Source: Camelus dromedarius
Taxonomy: Eukaryota
Length of the DNA stretch: 64,000 nt
Reading direction: 5' to 3'
Assembly (NCBI RefSeq): GCF_036321535.1
Contig: NC_087447.1
Coordinates: forward strand, 49,974,001 to 50,038,000
In this document: positions 24,700 through 36,750 of the stretch, piece by piece
Layout of the letters: each line of letters starts with the position of its first letter
How positions within the stretch are numbered: the stretch's first letter is position 1
Notes under the pieces: generated by a model
Seen by the model: the letters and a program-made list of their open reading frames with translations, nothing else
What the model was told of the DNA's origin: nothing
The model's database searches: none
Made by a program: the position numbers and the translations under genes

Positions 24700-24905
24700 A
24701 TAGTTTAGCATTGTACAGGTCACAGGGTACTTTGCCTTATCATCCCCCATAACCCTAGGAAGTATAACATTATTGTTGTCCTCTTTTGCTGTTAGGGAAA
24801 CTAAGCTCTGAAGAAATTAAATTCACTTCTTCAAAGTCTCACAGATCTGTTAAGTGGTAGAGTCAAAACCTGAGCCTAGGTCTTCTGATTCAAAGTCCAG
24901 ACTCT
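24700..24905 (-). mobile_element. MIR SINE
   Basis: agggaaactaagctctgaagaaattaa...ttaagtggtagagtcaaaacctgagcctaggtcttctgattcaaagtcc. Confidence 0.7.
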
Positions 24906-26395
24906 TTAGCTTTTAGGGGAGGCTAGCACAGTTGATTTGAGATTCTAGATTTTGTAACTTTTAATACTGTGTTTTGCTAATTTATCTTTTAATAAAAGAG
25001 AGGGGGAAAAGACAGTTATCCTCTCTAACAGACCAGCAGTTATCTGTGAATAAACCCAAATCAGTCCTGTATTTAGAGTAATAGATTTGTAGGTACTTGT
25101 AAAAGTTGTCAATTTAAAAGATATATATATTATAAACTCAGGCTAGCATTTTACATTTGAGTTACTTAGGTAGATACAATGGAAGGGATTAAATGTTGTC
25201 ACTCATGGACTCCAAAAAGGTGGATGAAATGCTTTAAGGAAAGAACACAACACCAATAATTAGAAATGTTAATGTTCTATTCTGTCTCTTTTAACTTGCT
25301 GGTATCTTCGGCAAGTGGTTTCTTTCTGTTGGGGCTTCAGGCTTCTCACTGAGAGAATGAAAGGGTTGAGCTTTATGTACGCTGAGGTCCAAATAAGTCC
25401 TAATATTTTTGAATCTGTGCTCCTTAACTTTACTACTCATATTCCAGGATTCCAGTCTGCTCACTGCTTTTCTTTAAAACATCACCTTCAAGTTTTTTGA
25501 CTCACCAACTTACTTACTCGACAACATGATTTAAAAGTTTTTAAGATTCTCTTTATATGTATTTTCATGTTTTACAAACAGTGAATATGTTGGTGATTTT
25601 GTTTGTAGCAGATAAGCAGAGTTTATGGAGTACCATGCCAGCTAAGTAATGGGTCAGTATAAGTCCAGTATAATATGGATTTATAATAATAATGGTAATA
25701 ACCACCATACATTTAAGTAGTGCTTTACAGTTTGCAAAGAGCTTTCACACAAAAAGCTCATAATTGATCCTCACAATTTTTTCCTTGGGGTAGATTTGAT
25801 AAGTTTCACCTTTGATTTACTAATTCTTCTTAGGAACTCTGTCATAAGGAAATAATTCTAACTTCCTGACAACAGTTAAAAGACATTTATCATTCTGAAA
25901 ATAGCTATCTATAAGTAGATTAAATAAACTGAGGAACATCCATAGTCATTAAAATTTTCATGAAGATTAGATAATAATGTAGAGTACATTTGTTATTAGT
26001 GGAGAAAGGAGGGTATGAAGTTGAATATATAACTGCGATTACAGTTATTAAAATAAAAATGTTAACGGTACCAAACATTTACCCTTTATGTAGGGGGAGA
26101 AACACTGCCCAGATATATGCCCAGAATTGTGTTATGTGCTTGTGTTGTGGGAGAAACACAAAAAAATTCTCTGGGCCTCAGTGTCCCTGTTTGTATAACA
26201 GGGCTCACAAAGCTCATTGTACGACAGTGTTTTTGACTTTTTCCAGACTGCTCTAAGTCATTTCTTTGTCCCCACTGTGTCCCCATTATAGATAATTACT
26301 GTATCTCGTTGTTTCCGGACTGTCTTGCAAGGCAGCTGAGTGTCTTAGAAAGAGCCCTAGATTGTGTTATAGCCTCTAACCAAAGAATTGCCTCT

Positions 26396-26525
26396 AGGTG
26401 AGGGACGGTGTAGCTCAGTGGTAGAGTGTGTGCTTGGCATGTATGAGCTCCTGGGTGCAGTCCCCAGTGCCTCCATTTAAATACGTAAATAAATAAATAA
26501 ATAAACTGAATCCCCCCCCCCCCCA
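26396..26525 (+). mobile_element. Vic-1-like SINE
   Basis: gggacggtgtagctcagtggtagagtgtgtgcttggcatgtatgagctcctgggtgcagtccccagtgcctcca, then (AAAT)n and C13. Perfect 14-bp TSD aaagaattgcctct at 26382-26395 and 26526-26539. Confidence 0.87.
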
Positions 26526-29018
26526 AAAGAATTGCCTCTTAACTCTTTGGTTCTCTAACTCACCGAGCCTCTTACTCATCGTGACATTAAGCGAGTCTCT
26601 TAATCTTTCTAAACCCTACCTAGATCCTTTTAAAATAAGAAAGCTGAAGTAAACAACCTCTTCATTTCCTTCTAACAATAAAGTTCTATAATTCCTCACA
26701 ATCTTGTTTTGAGCACATGCGTAGTAAAAACAAAACACACAATAAATTGGTTACTCTTAAAGTAGCAGTGATGGGAGTGTATATTGATAAAATCATTTTA
26801 GAAAACAATTTGACATTTTCCATTTGTCTAGCTTCACAAATAAGAATGTCTGCTTTTATTGATTACCTATATGCAAAGCATTTTTTACTCTTTATCCCTA
26901 ATTTTCACAATAACCCCTTTAAGTTTTTATTATTATCCTCATTTGTGCTCGGTTTAGTAATTAATTACATAACTCCTTGGTAGAGGAGGAATTTTAACTA
27001 AATCACTGAAACAAATACGTATGGACTATTTTTGATATGTTTTTCTCCTTCATATTATGGAAAGATAAATTGGAAACAATTTTTGTCACCATTTAAAGAT
27101 AAGTAATTTAAAAATAAGCTCTGAATAAATCAGTAGACTGAGTTTTAGATAGACAGCTTTTCTTTAAAATGTGCCTAAAAGTCTGGAAGATTTCCCAGAT
27201 GCCTGGTAGTATGTGAGTTTGTGGGTACTTGGGCATTTACCACTCGTACGTCAAGCCCCTACACTGAGTGTTAAAACTGAACCTAATTAGAAGAGAAAAC
27301 GAGAGAAACAACACCTGTATTTGTGATATACTAATTGTGGCGGTCACTTTACCCAAAGTTCGCTGAACTATAGCCGCTAAACTAACCACAAAAAGGAAAA
27401 CTTTCTCTAGCTTAGCCAAAAAAAATTTTTTTTTAGATTTAGTTTGTAATGTCACTTAGGATTCTTCCTAAAGGCTTGTGAACCTTCACTTTCTTTTAAT
27501 AAGCCTTCATACTGACGGGGTCCCCTGAGAATGAAATCATCTGAGCGGAATGTGCCTGTGTCTTAAAATCTGATAAACGTCACTTCATGGTATTTAGGAG
27601 ATTAAAAGAGACTTAAAACACGTAAATGTTACTTTCAGGTTATTATAGCCAAGGAAGCCTGTGGCCCAGCTATCAAAACAGCTTAGCTTCAGCAAGTTCT
27701 GAGCAGTGGGCTTAGCCAAATTGGTTAGCCCACTTTAGGACTGACTGTACTGTCACTTAAGTTGACCCTTAACTTATGATATAGAATATGATCATTTCAG
27801 CTCTGAGACACATTTATGTGTCCCTTTGCCTCAACACTAATTCATCATCTGCTTTATAGTAATTCCACCCAGACGTCACCATCAAGTCCACTGGAGGCTA
27901 CTAAAGGATGTGAGGGATATATTTCCTCATCAGTGACATTAGTTTATATCTCCTTATTAAGATACCCATTAAATTCATACTGGGAGAGATAACACGAACA
28001 CTAATGCACTTTACATCTTCCATCAGTGCTTTTTATTTATTTCTATAAAGGAGTTATTAATATCTGAATTTCAGAGTACAAGAGAACGCAAAGCTTTTAG
28101 TAATGGTCTATAATCTTTTACTCTGGTAAGATGTGAGAGATGTGAAAAGCAAAGACATCCATTATTATGTTGTCATTTTTATTCTCTTTCCCTCTCTAAA
28201 ACATAGCCATTAAAATGTACATAATACCATTTATTTTAAAAGTTAGTTAATATCTCTTACTTTTATACAATCTCCTCTTTGAAACAAAATATATTATCCT
28301 AGTTTCCCTGTACTTTATCTTTATAAATTATCTTTGTTTTCTAAGTTTAATTTGGAAGTTAGAATATGTACAGAGTTTTGTGTATCTTTTATGTGACAGC
28401 CAGAAAGTATTCACTGAGTGTACTGTGCGAGGCTCTGATGAGTGAAGGGGTATAAAAGAAAATGCCCCATGTGAAAAATAGTCCACATGTATATACAATC
28501 TCACTATTCTGATGAATTCCCCACCACACTGCCTTAATCAAAATAGATATTCAATAAATACCTCTTCAGTCCCATTCATTAGTATGTCCATTTGAGACAC
28601 TTGGCTAAGTTGCTAATGTGACTTTCCATTTGAAGAATCCATAAATTATTGAGGGCCCATAGCAGCAGCATGGTCCCCTTCTGTTTTGCTTTGGGGTTTT
28701 GCTACCATTGCTTTTTCAAAACTGGTGGTATGAAGTGATTAATGCCACGAAGGGGCAATTTGGCAAATTTCCTAACACACACATTTCTTTTAGTCTCACT
28801 GCCACCATCATTACCTTCCACCTTTGGTCCCGACTTTGAGTGTGTTATCTCAGGTGCACAAAGAAAGTTAGGCAATGGCACTTTTTTAGTTTGCTGCTAG
28901 TACCAAACTTTCTTTACTGTGAATAAAGCACAATATCTTAGACTCACGGTAGTTAATTCTATGCTAACATTCCCCTCCCCACTAATAATCACATGGTTGA
29001 GTACCAGTACCCACAGAT

Positions 29019-29453
29019 CTGCATTAGTTTAGATTCAACAAGAGGTAGACTGTAAGAGAGGATTCGATGTACAAAAGATTTATTGAAGGTGGGAGTGGAA
29101 GAAGGTGGGAAGGGCCTTCAGACTGCAATGCAGATGTGATACTTGTAGAAGCAGAGAGGGAAGGAAGGAGGGCTGGGTAGGAAGGGTCCTGGACTGCGAC
29201 TCAGTTCTAAGGAAGGTTCATCCAGCTTGATAGGAAGTCCTTAAGCCAAGGGTGCCCATTGGAGGAGCCCTGTGTCTCACCCAGTGGGCCTACCTTAGCA
29301 CCAGTGCTGTGCTTGGTCGCTGGCTGGGAGCAGCCTGAAGGAAATATGGCTTGAATGCAGTGAGGATCCAGAGGCGCAGTACTTGGAGCCGCCAATTAAT
29401 TATCTTCTCTGCTGCAGAAGATCTAAGGGACACATTTTATGGCTTCTCTACCA
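29019..29453 (-). mobile_element. ERVL-class solo LTR (LTR16/LTR33-like)
   Basis: ggattcgatgtacaaaagatttattg...cttcagactgcaatgcagatgtga...ggaaggaaggagggctgggtaggaag...tggctgggagcagcc; subfamily uncertain. Confidence 0.6.
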
Positions 29454-29696
29454 GTTGCATGACTTCAGATAAGTTTAGCACCTCTCTGAACCTCAGTTCA
29501 GACTGTAATACTGCCAATGCGGGGTTATTGTAAAGGTTAAATAATATATTTTAAAAACTTGGAACATGATAATACTTAATAAATGTTTGTTCCCTTTATG
29601 CCCCACCCCCTTCTAATAGAAAGTGATAATTTTCTACCTTATTTTTTTTTTAGAGGAACATCATTAGGGTAGAAAATGTGCCAAGGTTGTCTGTAC

Positions 29697-29917
29697 CAGT
29701 GATGCTCAAAGTGTGTTCCACAGATCAGCATGTTACCCATCTGTGGCAAAATACGGAACTTGTACCAAGTGTAAGTCAGCTATGTCTATAATCACACTGC
29801 TTAGTTCAGATGCATTTTTTTTATATCAAGACATTCTCAATGAAGAAAGCAGTGTATTTAATTATATTCTGACACAAGCTCCTTAGTTAATGCATATTGG
29901 CACTTTGAGTAGCATCG
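29697..29917. mobile_element. hAT-Charlie MITE
   Basis: Imperfect terminal inverted repeats cagtgatgctcaaagtg ... cactttgagtagcatcg. Confidence 0.65.
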
Positions 29918-30419
29918 TGGTTTAGTCAAATACAAAAAGCAAAATATAATACATCTTTTTAAAAATCGGATTTTCTTTTTCTGTGTGTATGAGACTTCAT
30001 CATATGTGTCCTGCTTGTCTGCTATGGAAGAAACCACCCAAAGCTGGGCATTGGCCAATTCTTACATATGTCAGTGATAGCCAATGGCAATGTTAGCATT
30101 GGTCAGCTTCAGGGCCTGTGATCAGATGTCAAAGCAGGCAGGTTTGTCAGTCATATTTCTAGGCCCTCTTCCCAACTCATTTATCAGCAAATACTCACTG
30201 AGCTTCTCCCTGCGAGGTACCGTGTGCCTGCTGAGACATGCTGCTCTGTTACGCCCTTGCTGAGCCCACAGGTTGTGACGCTCCGCTAAAATGCACTTTC
30301 CTTCACAGGTCCAGGGACATCAAAGTCCCATTCCCTCAGTGATGCAAAGGTGACTTTATCTCCCAGTTACATATTTACAGTTCAAAATTTGAGCCTATTA
30401 ATGAAAGGATGTAAGACAA

Positions 30420-30700
30420 ATTTTTTTCTTAATTGATTCTTCAATTCTTAATTGAAATATGATCGGTTTACAATGTTCTATGTCTGGTATACAGCATAAA
30501 GTTTCAGTCATACATATTTGTTTTCATCTTTCTCATTATAGGTTGCTGCAAGCCATTGAATGTAGTTCCCTGTACTATACAGTATAAACTTGTTGTTTCT
30601 CTATTTTATATATAGTAGTTGGTATCTGCAAATCTCAAACTCCCAATTTATCCCTTCCCACTCCCTTTCCCCGCGGTAATGGTAAGTTTGTTTTCCATGA
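30420..30700 (-). mobile_element. L1 3' UTR fragment
   Basis: Poly-T head, then ggtttacaatgtt...tagttccctgtactatacagt...aaactcccaatttatcccttccc...taagtttgttttc; antisense homolog of about 8720-8996. Confidence 0.8.
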
Positions 30701-33659
30701 TGACACATTTTTTAACTTGGATGCCCTAACTTAATCTATGAGCTATAATCTTTCTTTAGTTCTTTTCACCACGTATTCCAGAAATACTTGTCATCACATA
30801 TCTATAAAGCTGCTAACTTCTGCCCTAAAGTAGGTATTGAATTTTCCCACAACCTTTTTTACTTTGGTAACCTTCTTCTATGGAATGACCTTGGGCAAGG
30901 AGACATGAATCCAGGAAGCCAATGAGACCTGTTCCTTGTATGTTTAAGGATTTAAGGTATTGGCTGTATATTGTTTTTAATTGCATTGAAAGGTATCCTG
31001 TCATATTTGAAACTAATTAGATGGAGATTCGGTGTATTTTTTTCCCATATCTTCCCAGATCTTTGATGGTTTGTTAACATTGATGTAGTAGACCAGGAAT
31101 ATCTAATTTTGCCTTCATAGTTTTAAAAACTAAAGTGCATGTTTCATAAAATTAAAGTGTCCCAGGAGTCAGTTAATATAAAGTAATATTTTACCAAGGT
31201 CATAAGTGATTTAATACGGAAGATCGTATTTTATCGTAACCATAACAGACCTAACAAAACCTAGGCAAATTGCTAGTTTAGAAATGATCTGAACTGATTT
31301 TCTCCCCAAAAACAAAATCCACGAGATTGCGTATATATGACAACAGGCATTATTTCATTGATCCCCAAGGCTGTAGATCTAGCAGCAGCTATTATAACAT
31401 GTTTTGTTTTTATTATTGCACTGTTTAGTTAGTCATCCAAATTCTAGCCATTTCTGTTTATAGCAAGATACAGCAGCCCAGACCAGGCAGCACAGCTAGT
31501 CATACCTTTTTATTGATGTAATTCGACTTATTTTGGTTCGCTTCCTAGCGTCTAGCATTTTGTGAAGCCCTAACATAAATTATTGGCTTGTATAACCCAC
31601 TGCATCACCTTCACCCAGAGATTTGCTGCCTGTGCAGTTCCTTCATTTTCAAGTGTGAGAGATTTATTTTTCCTTAGCAAGTCCTCATGTTTCTGCACGC
31701 GTGCACATGCACACTTGCTTGTGAATGTATGTGGGCATACAGGAATGCCAATGAGATAGTAACATATTCTTGGTTAATTCCTGCATGAAATTCTGGAGAA
31801 ATCTTTTAGCTTATAGATTCTGGTTGCTGTGTTCTGAGATTGACTTGATCATGAACAGTATGGTAGTATTTTGTTCCAGTTTTGCTTATTTTTCCTGGGA
31901 ATTCTGACTAATCAGGACTCTATACACTTCATGTCCTCAGTGAATTGACTGCATAACTGACCAATTGATACTTCATAAGCCAGTGTGAATGGCTAAGATA
32001 GTATTACAAATATTGTGCATCAGATCAGGCACTTGAGCCCTCATAGCACCCTATAAGATCGATGGAATTGTCCCTGCTTTACAAATGAGGACTTTGAAGC
32101 TCAGAAAAATTAAACACCTTACCCAAGGTCATATGTTTGTAGATGAAGGATCAGGATACTTTATCAAAAGAGTTTGTGTACATTATTTTATTTGATCCTT
32201 GTAACAGTCTTTGAGGTGGACAGAATAAATTCTTTTCTAATCCCATTTTAGAGCTGAGTAAAGAAGTTTAATAACTTACCCATGGCCACTATAGTGGGCC
32301 TCTCCTCTGAACCCTGATATTACTTGGCATTTATTAAAGTTTATAGGCCAATAGTGGCACTGGTCACACCATTGTAGTGCCCCTGTGGTTTCCCATTGGC
32401 TGATTTCTGTGAAGTGATTTGATATTGTCTCCCAGGTGGAGTCCCTGCTCACATACCTGAAGCACTCTTATAATGAAAAACAACAGGGGGAAAAGAGCCT
32501 TTCAGATCTGTTCACGTCATCCCCCTGCTTAAAACCTTCAAGTAGTTTCCAAAGGCTGCCTTCCCACAACCCTCCCCCCTCAAAAACAAAAACAAAAGAA
32601 TACTTTAGCGTGGCAGAGGCTTCACATGATCTGTCTTCTTCCTCCCTTTCAGCCTCACCTTCTGCTGCCTCTTACCCTAAAACCCCTGCCACTAGCCCTT
32701 TAAGCCAGAGAGCTGAACTTCTTCACTGAGGTGAGGCCCACCTTCTGCTTTTGCTTCTTTGACTCCCTTTGCCTGATCTCTCCCATCATCCACGGGCTCC
32801 CCCTCCTCGTTCTCCACTGTCCAGCCAGGCTGTCTCTTCTTCTGTGAAGCCTTTCTTTACCATCCTGGGCGGAGTTATTATTCATCTTCTGTTCTCCGTG
32901 CTAAATGTTGTTTAAAAACAGCCAAGGATCTCAATATTCTCATATCCATGCTATTTATTGTGTGTGTGTGTCTCTCCGCTACTGGACTGATAAACTGTTT
33001 AAGGATGAGAGATGGAAGTTTACTCATCCCTTTCTCCTAACCCAGTGCCAAGCACACAAAATGGACTCAGGAAGGTTTGTGCCTGGAAGACAGAATGAAT
33101 CAGTGACCTTCCTATGTGGACTAAGGACAAAGAATTCAACACTGAAGGGAATAGCCTGCCATTTGAAAGGAGAGGGAGACTGCACATTTGTATCAGATGA
33201 AATTACTGTCTTCATGTATTAATGTGCTTGGCTTTTGCATGTGTCTAGGAAGATAATGCAGGGCTTTGAGAAGCGGAGTGAGATGAAGGAGAAATTATAC
33301 AGTAAATGAGCGTTTCCCTCAACCATTCCTTTGGTAATAAATTGTTATATGTTACTGAGTGCCTTTTTCTCTTCTAGTCAAACAAAGAGCTGACAAATGT
33401 TTTCAAAGTGTTATCAGCATTTTCTAATAGTTTGTCTTTCACTGACATTTTTAGTTAATTAATTCAGGTGCAGTAATAAATTGCTGCCCTTGTGCATAAC
33501 CCAACTAGTGTATTTATAATGGCGATATAGGACAGATTGTTACCAGCTCACAAGGATGTGTGATGTGATGCCATTTGAAGCTCTGAAAATGGAGGGGGAA
33601 AGATTGTGTCTTTAGATAACTCAACCCTGAGTTCTGGCCCATTAATTATATTATACTTG

Positions 33660-36015
33660 CTATAAGTTTAAAGAGTCAAATAATTCCTTAGGTTTATTAG
33701 GAAAACAGTATTTCTCCCTGTTCCTCAAAGGCAACCGCTTTCAGTAATTTTAAGAGAGTCTCTTTTAGTATTTGCCTCCAAATCACTAAATAACCTGATA
33801 GTAATGCGACTTCTTAGAGTTTGTTTTAGGATTGATTATTACTGATTTCCTTCAGTGAAAGAGGAGAATTTAGCTCCCTTTTCACCACCTCTTTACTGCA
33901 CTCATATCCCTTTCTACCAGTATAGGTTAGCATTTAAAACTACTGCTTCTATGTAAATTTCCCTCATAGAAAAGCCATGCAGTATATACTATGATTACTT
34001 TTTTCCTACCTAATGTTTTTTTGTTTTCTTTGAAGTTTATGATTCTCTTATTTTCACTTTGAATAATTTTCAATTTGCCCCAAAATCTCTAGCAGTTATC
34101 TAAATCTCCTCAAGGTGTTCACATGTGACAGATATACAGTCAATTACTTGTCAGGTATTCAGTCAATTTAATCTTTAGAAGAAATCTCTCCTGGAGCCTT
34201 CTGACCTGCTCCAATCTCTCTGCTCTCTATGCCTTTACTATAATCCTGGGGATTCCTATCCCTTCTTTTGTGTTGAAATCCATTTCCTGAATGGATTCCA
34301 TGTCTTCCTCTTTTTCAGTTTACTTTCTTGTTTTCTTGGAGCATTTCCTCCTATAGCTTCCTGAGAAATGGTGTAGGGAGGTAAATTTTAGTGACTTTGT
34401 AAATCAGAAAATATCTTTATTCCTTTCTGGCTTCATTATATTTTAGCTTCCAGGGTTACTTTTGAAAAACCTAAAGATAATTTGATTCCCCTTTTTAAAA
34501 ATGTGATCTGTTTACTTACTTTGTTTTGCTTCCTTTTGTTTTCTTTCTGGAAATTTGTAGGGATTCCTCTTGTCCTCAAGTGTTTTGAAATTTCAGACTG
34601 ATGAGCCTTTGAGTTTATTTTTATCCATTGTGCTAGGTACTTAGTGGATCCTTTTAGTCTGAAAATTCAAGTCATTAAATCCTGGGAAATTTCTTTGAAT
34701 TATTCTGTTTATGATTTCTTCTCTCTTTTTTTTTTCTCTCTCTTTCTGGACTACTGTTATTTAGGTATTAGATTTCCCACACTTATCCTCTAATGTTCTT
34801 ATCTCTTCTCTTCTATTTTCCATCTCTGTCTTTTTTGTTCTGCCTCCAGAGAGATTCCCTTAACTTTACATCTTGCCCTTCTGGTTTTCATTTTTCATAT
34901 TTTGAATTGCCAAGGGCTCTTTTTCTCTGAATAGCATCCTGTGTAGTATTTTCCTGTATCCATCTGAGCATATTAATGATTTAAACAAGTTTTATTCTTG
35001 TTTTTGTTTTTGGTTTGATCTTGATAATATCATTTGCCTTAGAAGCTTTTCTTACAAGTTTGGTGATACTTGATTGCATATTTCTTTTTAAGAGGAAAGG
35101 ACTGGAAAACACTGAAAGCTCTTCATGTCTGGACAGAGGTTGTTAACTGTGGGGTTCACTGTAGGGTCATTTGGCTGGGCTCTTTTCTTGAGGAAACACC
35201 TAATGTTACTCTGCTTGGGCCTTTCGTCTTGGGCTTGTCAAGACTCTCTCAGTTATCCACCTATGAAGTATTTGCCTGTATTCTGGAAGCAGAGTGGAGG
35301 GGAAAGAGGACTGGTGGTCTCAGCATTTAATATGCATACCCTCATTTGATCACCTTGTTTTCAATACAGCCCTTAATTGTGCTGTTTCTCTCTCCGAAGA
35401 ATAGAATTCTAGTTTATTTGCTGGGATTTAAGAGTGATTGTTGCCTGACTCTGTGGAGGGGATCTGGAAATACAATTGTCTTACAGATTTTCAACTAGTC
35501 TTCCTGTTTTTTAATTGAGGTATAAGTGGCATACAACACTGTATCAGTGTCAGGTGCATAACATATGATTCACTATTTGTATACGTTGCAAAATGGTCAC
35601 CCAGTCTTCATTCCTAACCCCAGTTTTTACTGCTGCTTTAAGAAGTACATGGAGCTCTCAGTTCCAGAGCCAGATAGTTGTTATTGAAGTGTAGCTCACA
35701 TCGCCTCTCAGCCCCACTCTTCTGGCTTTGGATTCAACTTTTTAAAGTCTGCGAAGTTAGTTACCACTTGTCCATCTGCTTTTCAGCTTCCAAAATTTTG
35801 TTATTATTATAACCTCTCCTGTTCTCTCTCTTTGTTGGATTTGCATATAAGCACAATACGTACCAGGCACAATAATTTAAAACATTACTGTCTTCTCATT
35901 AGAAACAATGGAAACAAAAAGAGAGAAAATCCCATTACTAACGTGTTATTGGAGTTTCTGGAGGTTGCAAAAGTAAATGTACATGCTTCAGTGTGCCGTC
36001 TTAACACACAAGTCC
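33660..36015 (-). mobile_element. HAL1/L1ME-like ancient element
   Basis: agcttcctgagaaatggtgtagggaggtaaattt and ccatctgcttttcagcttccaaaattttg; 5' end taaatgtacatgcttcagtgtgccgtcttaacacacaagtc. Confidence 0.6.
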
Positions 36016-36600
36016 CCAAAAGAAGTTTTTAATGGAGGAAGAAGGTTTTTAAAAGGTAAAAGAAAACAGTGAACTTTAAAATGTTCTTTTTATTTTAACC
36101 AAACTCAGCCTGATTTTATTGCATTTCCAACAGTAGAAGAATGAGATCCAAATACAACTAGTGAACGTCTAGAAACCACAACCAGGCTTTTCTGAATATT
36201 TGTCTTTTCCTGGTCAAGAATTAAAATCTAGAGAGTTACAGAACTTAGAGATCAGAAATATTTCCTCTAATTTCCAACACTTTTCTCCAGTATTCCTAAG
36301 AGTTATCTTTTTTGATGAGACACTAAGTGATGAGGAATGTATTACCTTTTGAGACCATTTACACATTTAGACTGTGAAAATAAGGAGGGAAGTAGGTTAG
36401 AAGACTGGTTCTGTCTCTCTGTAATGTTTATCCATAATATACATGTTATAAAAACAGTATCTTGGGAACAGCATTATTTGATATTCTGGGGCTTTAAATC
36501 AGATAGATCAGAGTTTTATTGGTCTTATTATTTGTGTAACCTTTAGGAATTGCTTTACACTCGGAACCTGTATCTTCATCTGTGATGCAAAGATTAAATA

Positions 36601-36750
36601 CAGCGGCCCACCACATCTGCCGGTTTGGCATCTGCAGATATGGTGGGCCCATGTACTACGTCATTTTATATAAGGCACTTAAATATCTGCAGATTTTTGT
36701 ATCTGCGGGGTTCCTGGAACCAATCCCCCACTGATACCAAGGGACGTTTG
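36601..36750. mobile_element. Tigger-derived MITE (MER8/MER2-like) inserted in a MIR
   Basis: ta|cagcggcccaccacatctgc...cattttatataaggcact...ttcctggaaccaatcccccactgataccaagggacg; MIR sequence on both sides. Confidence 0.7.
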
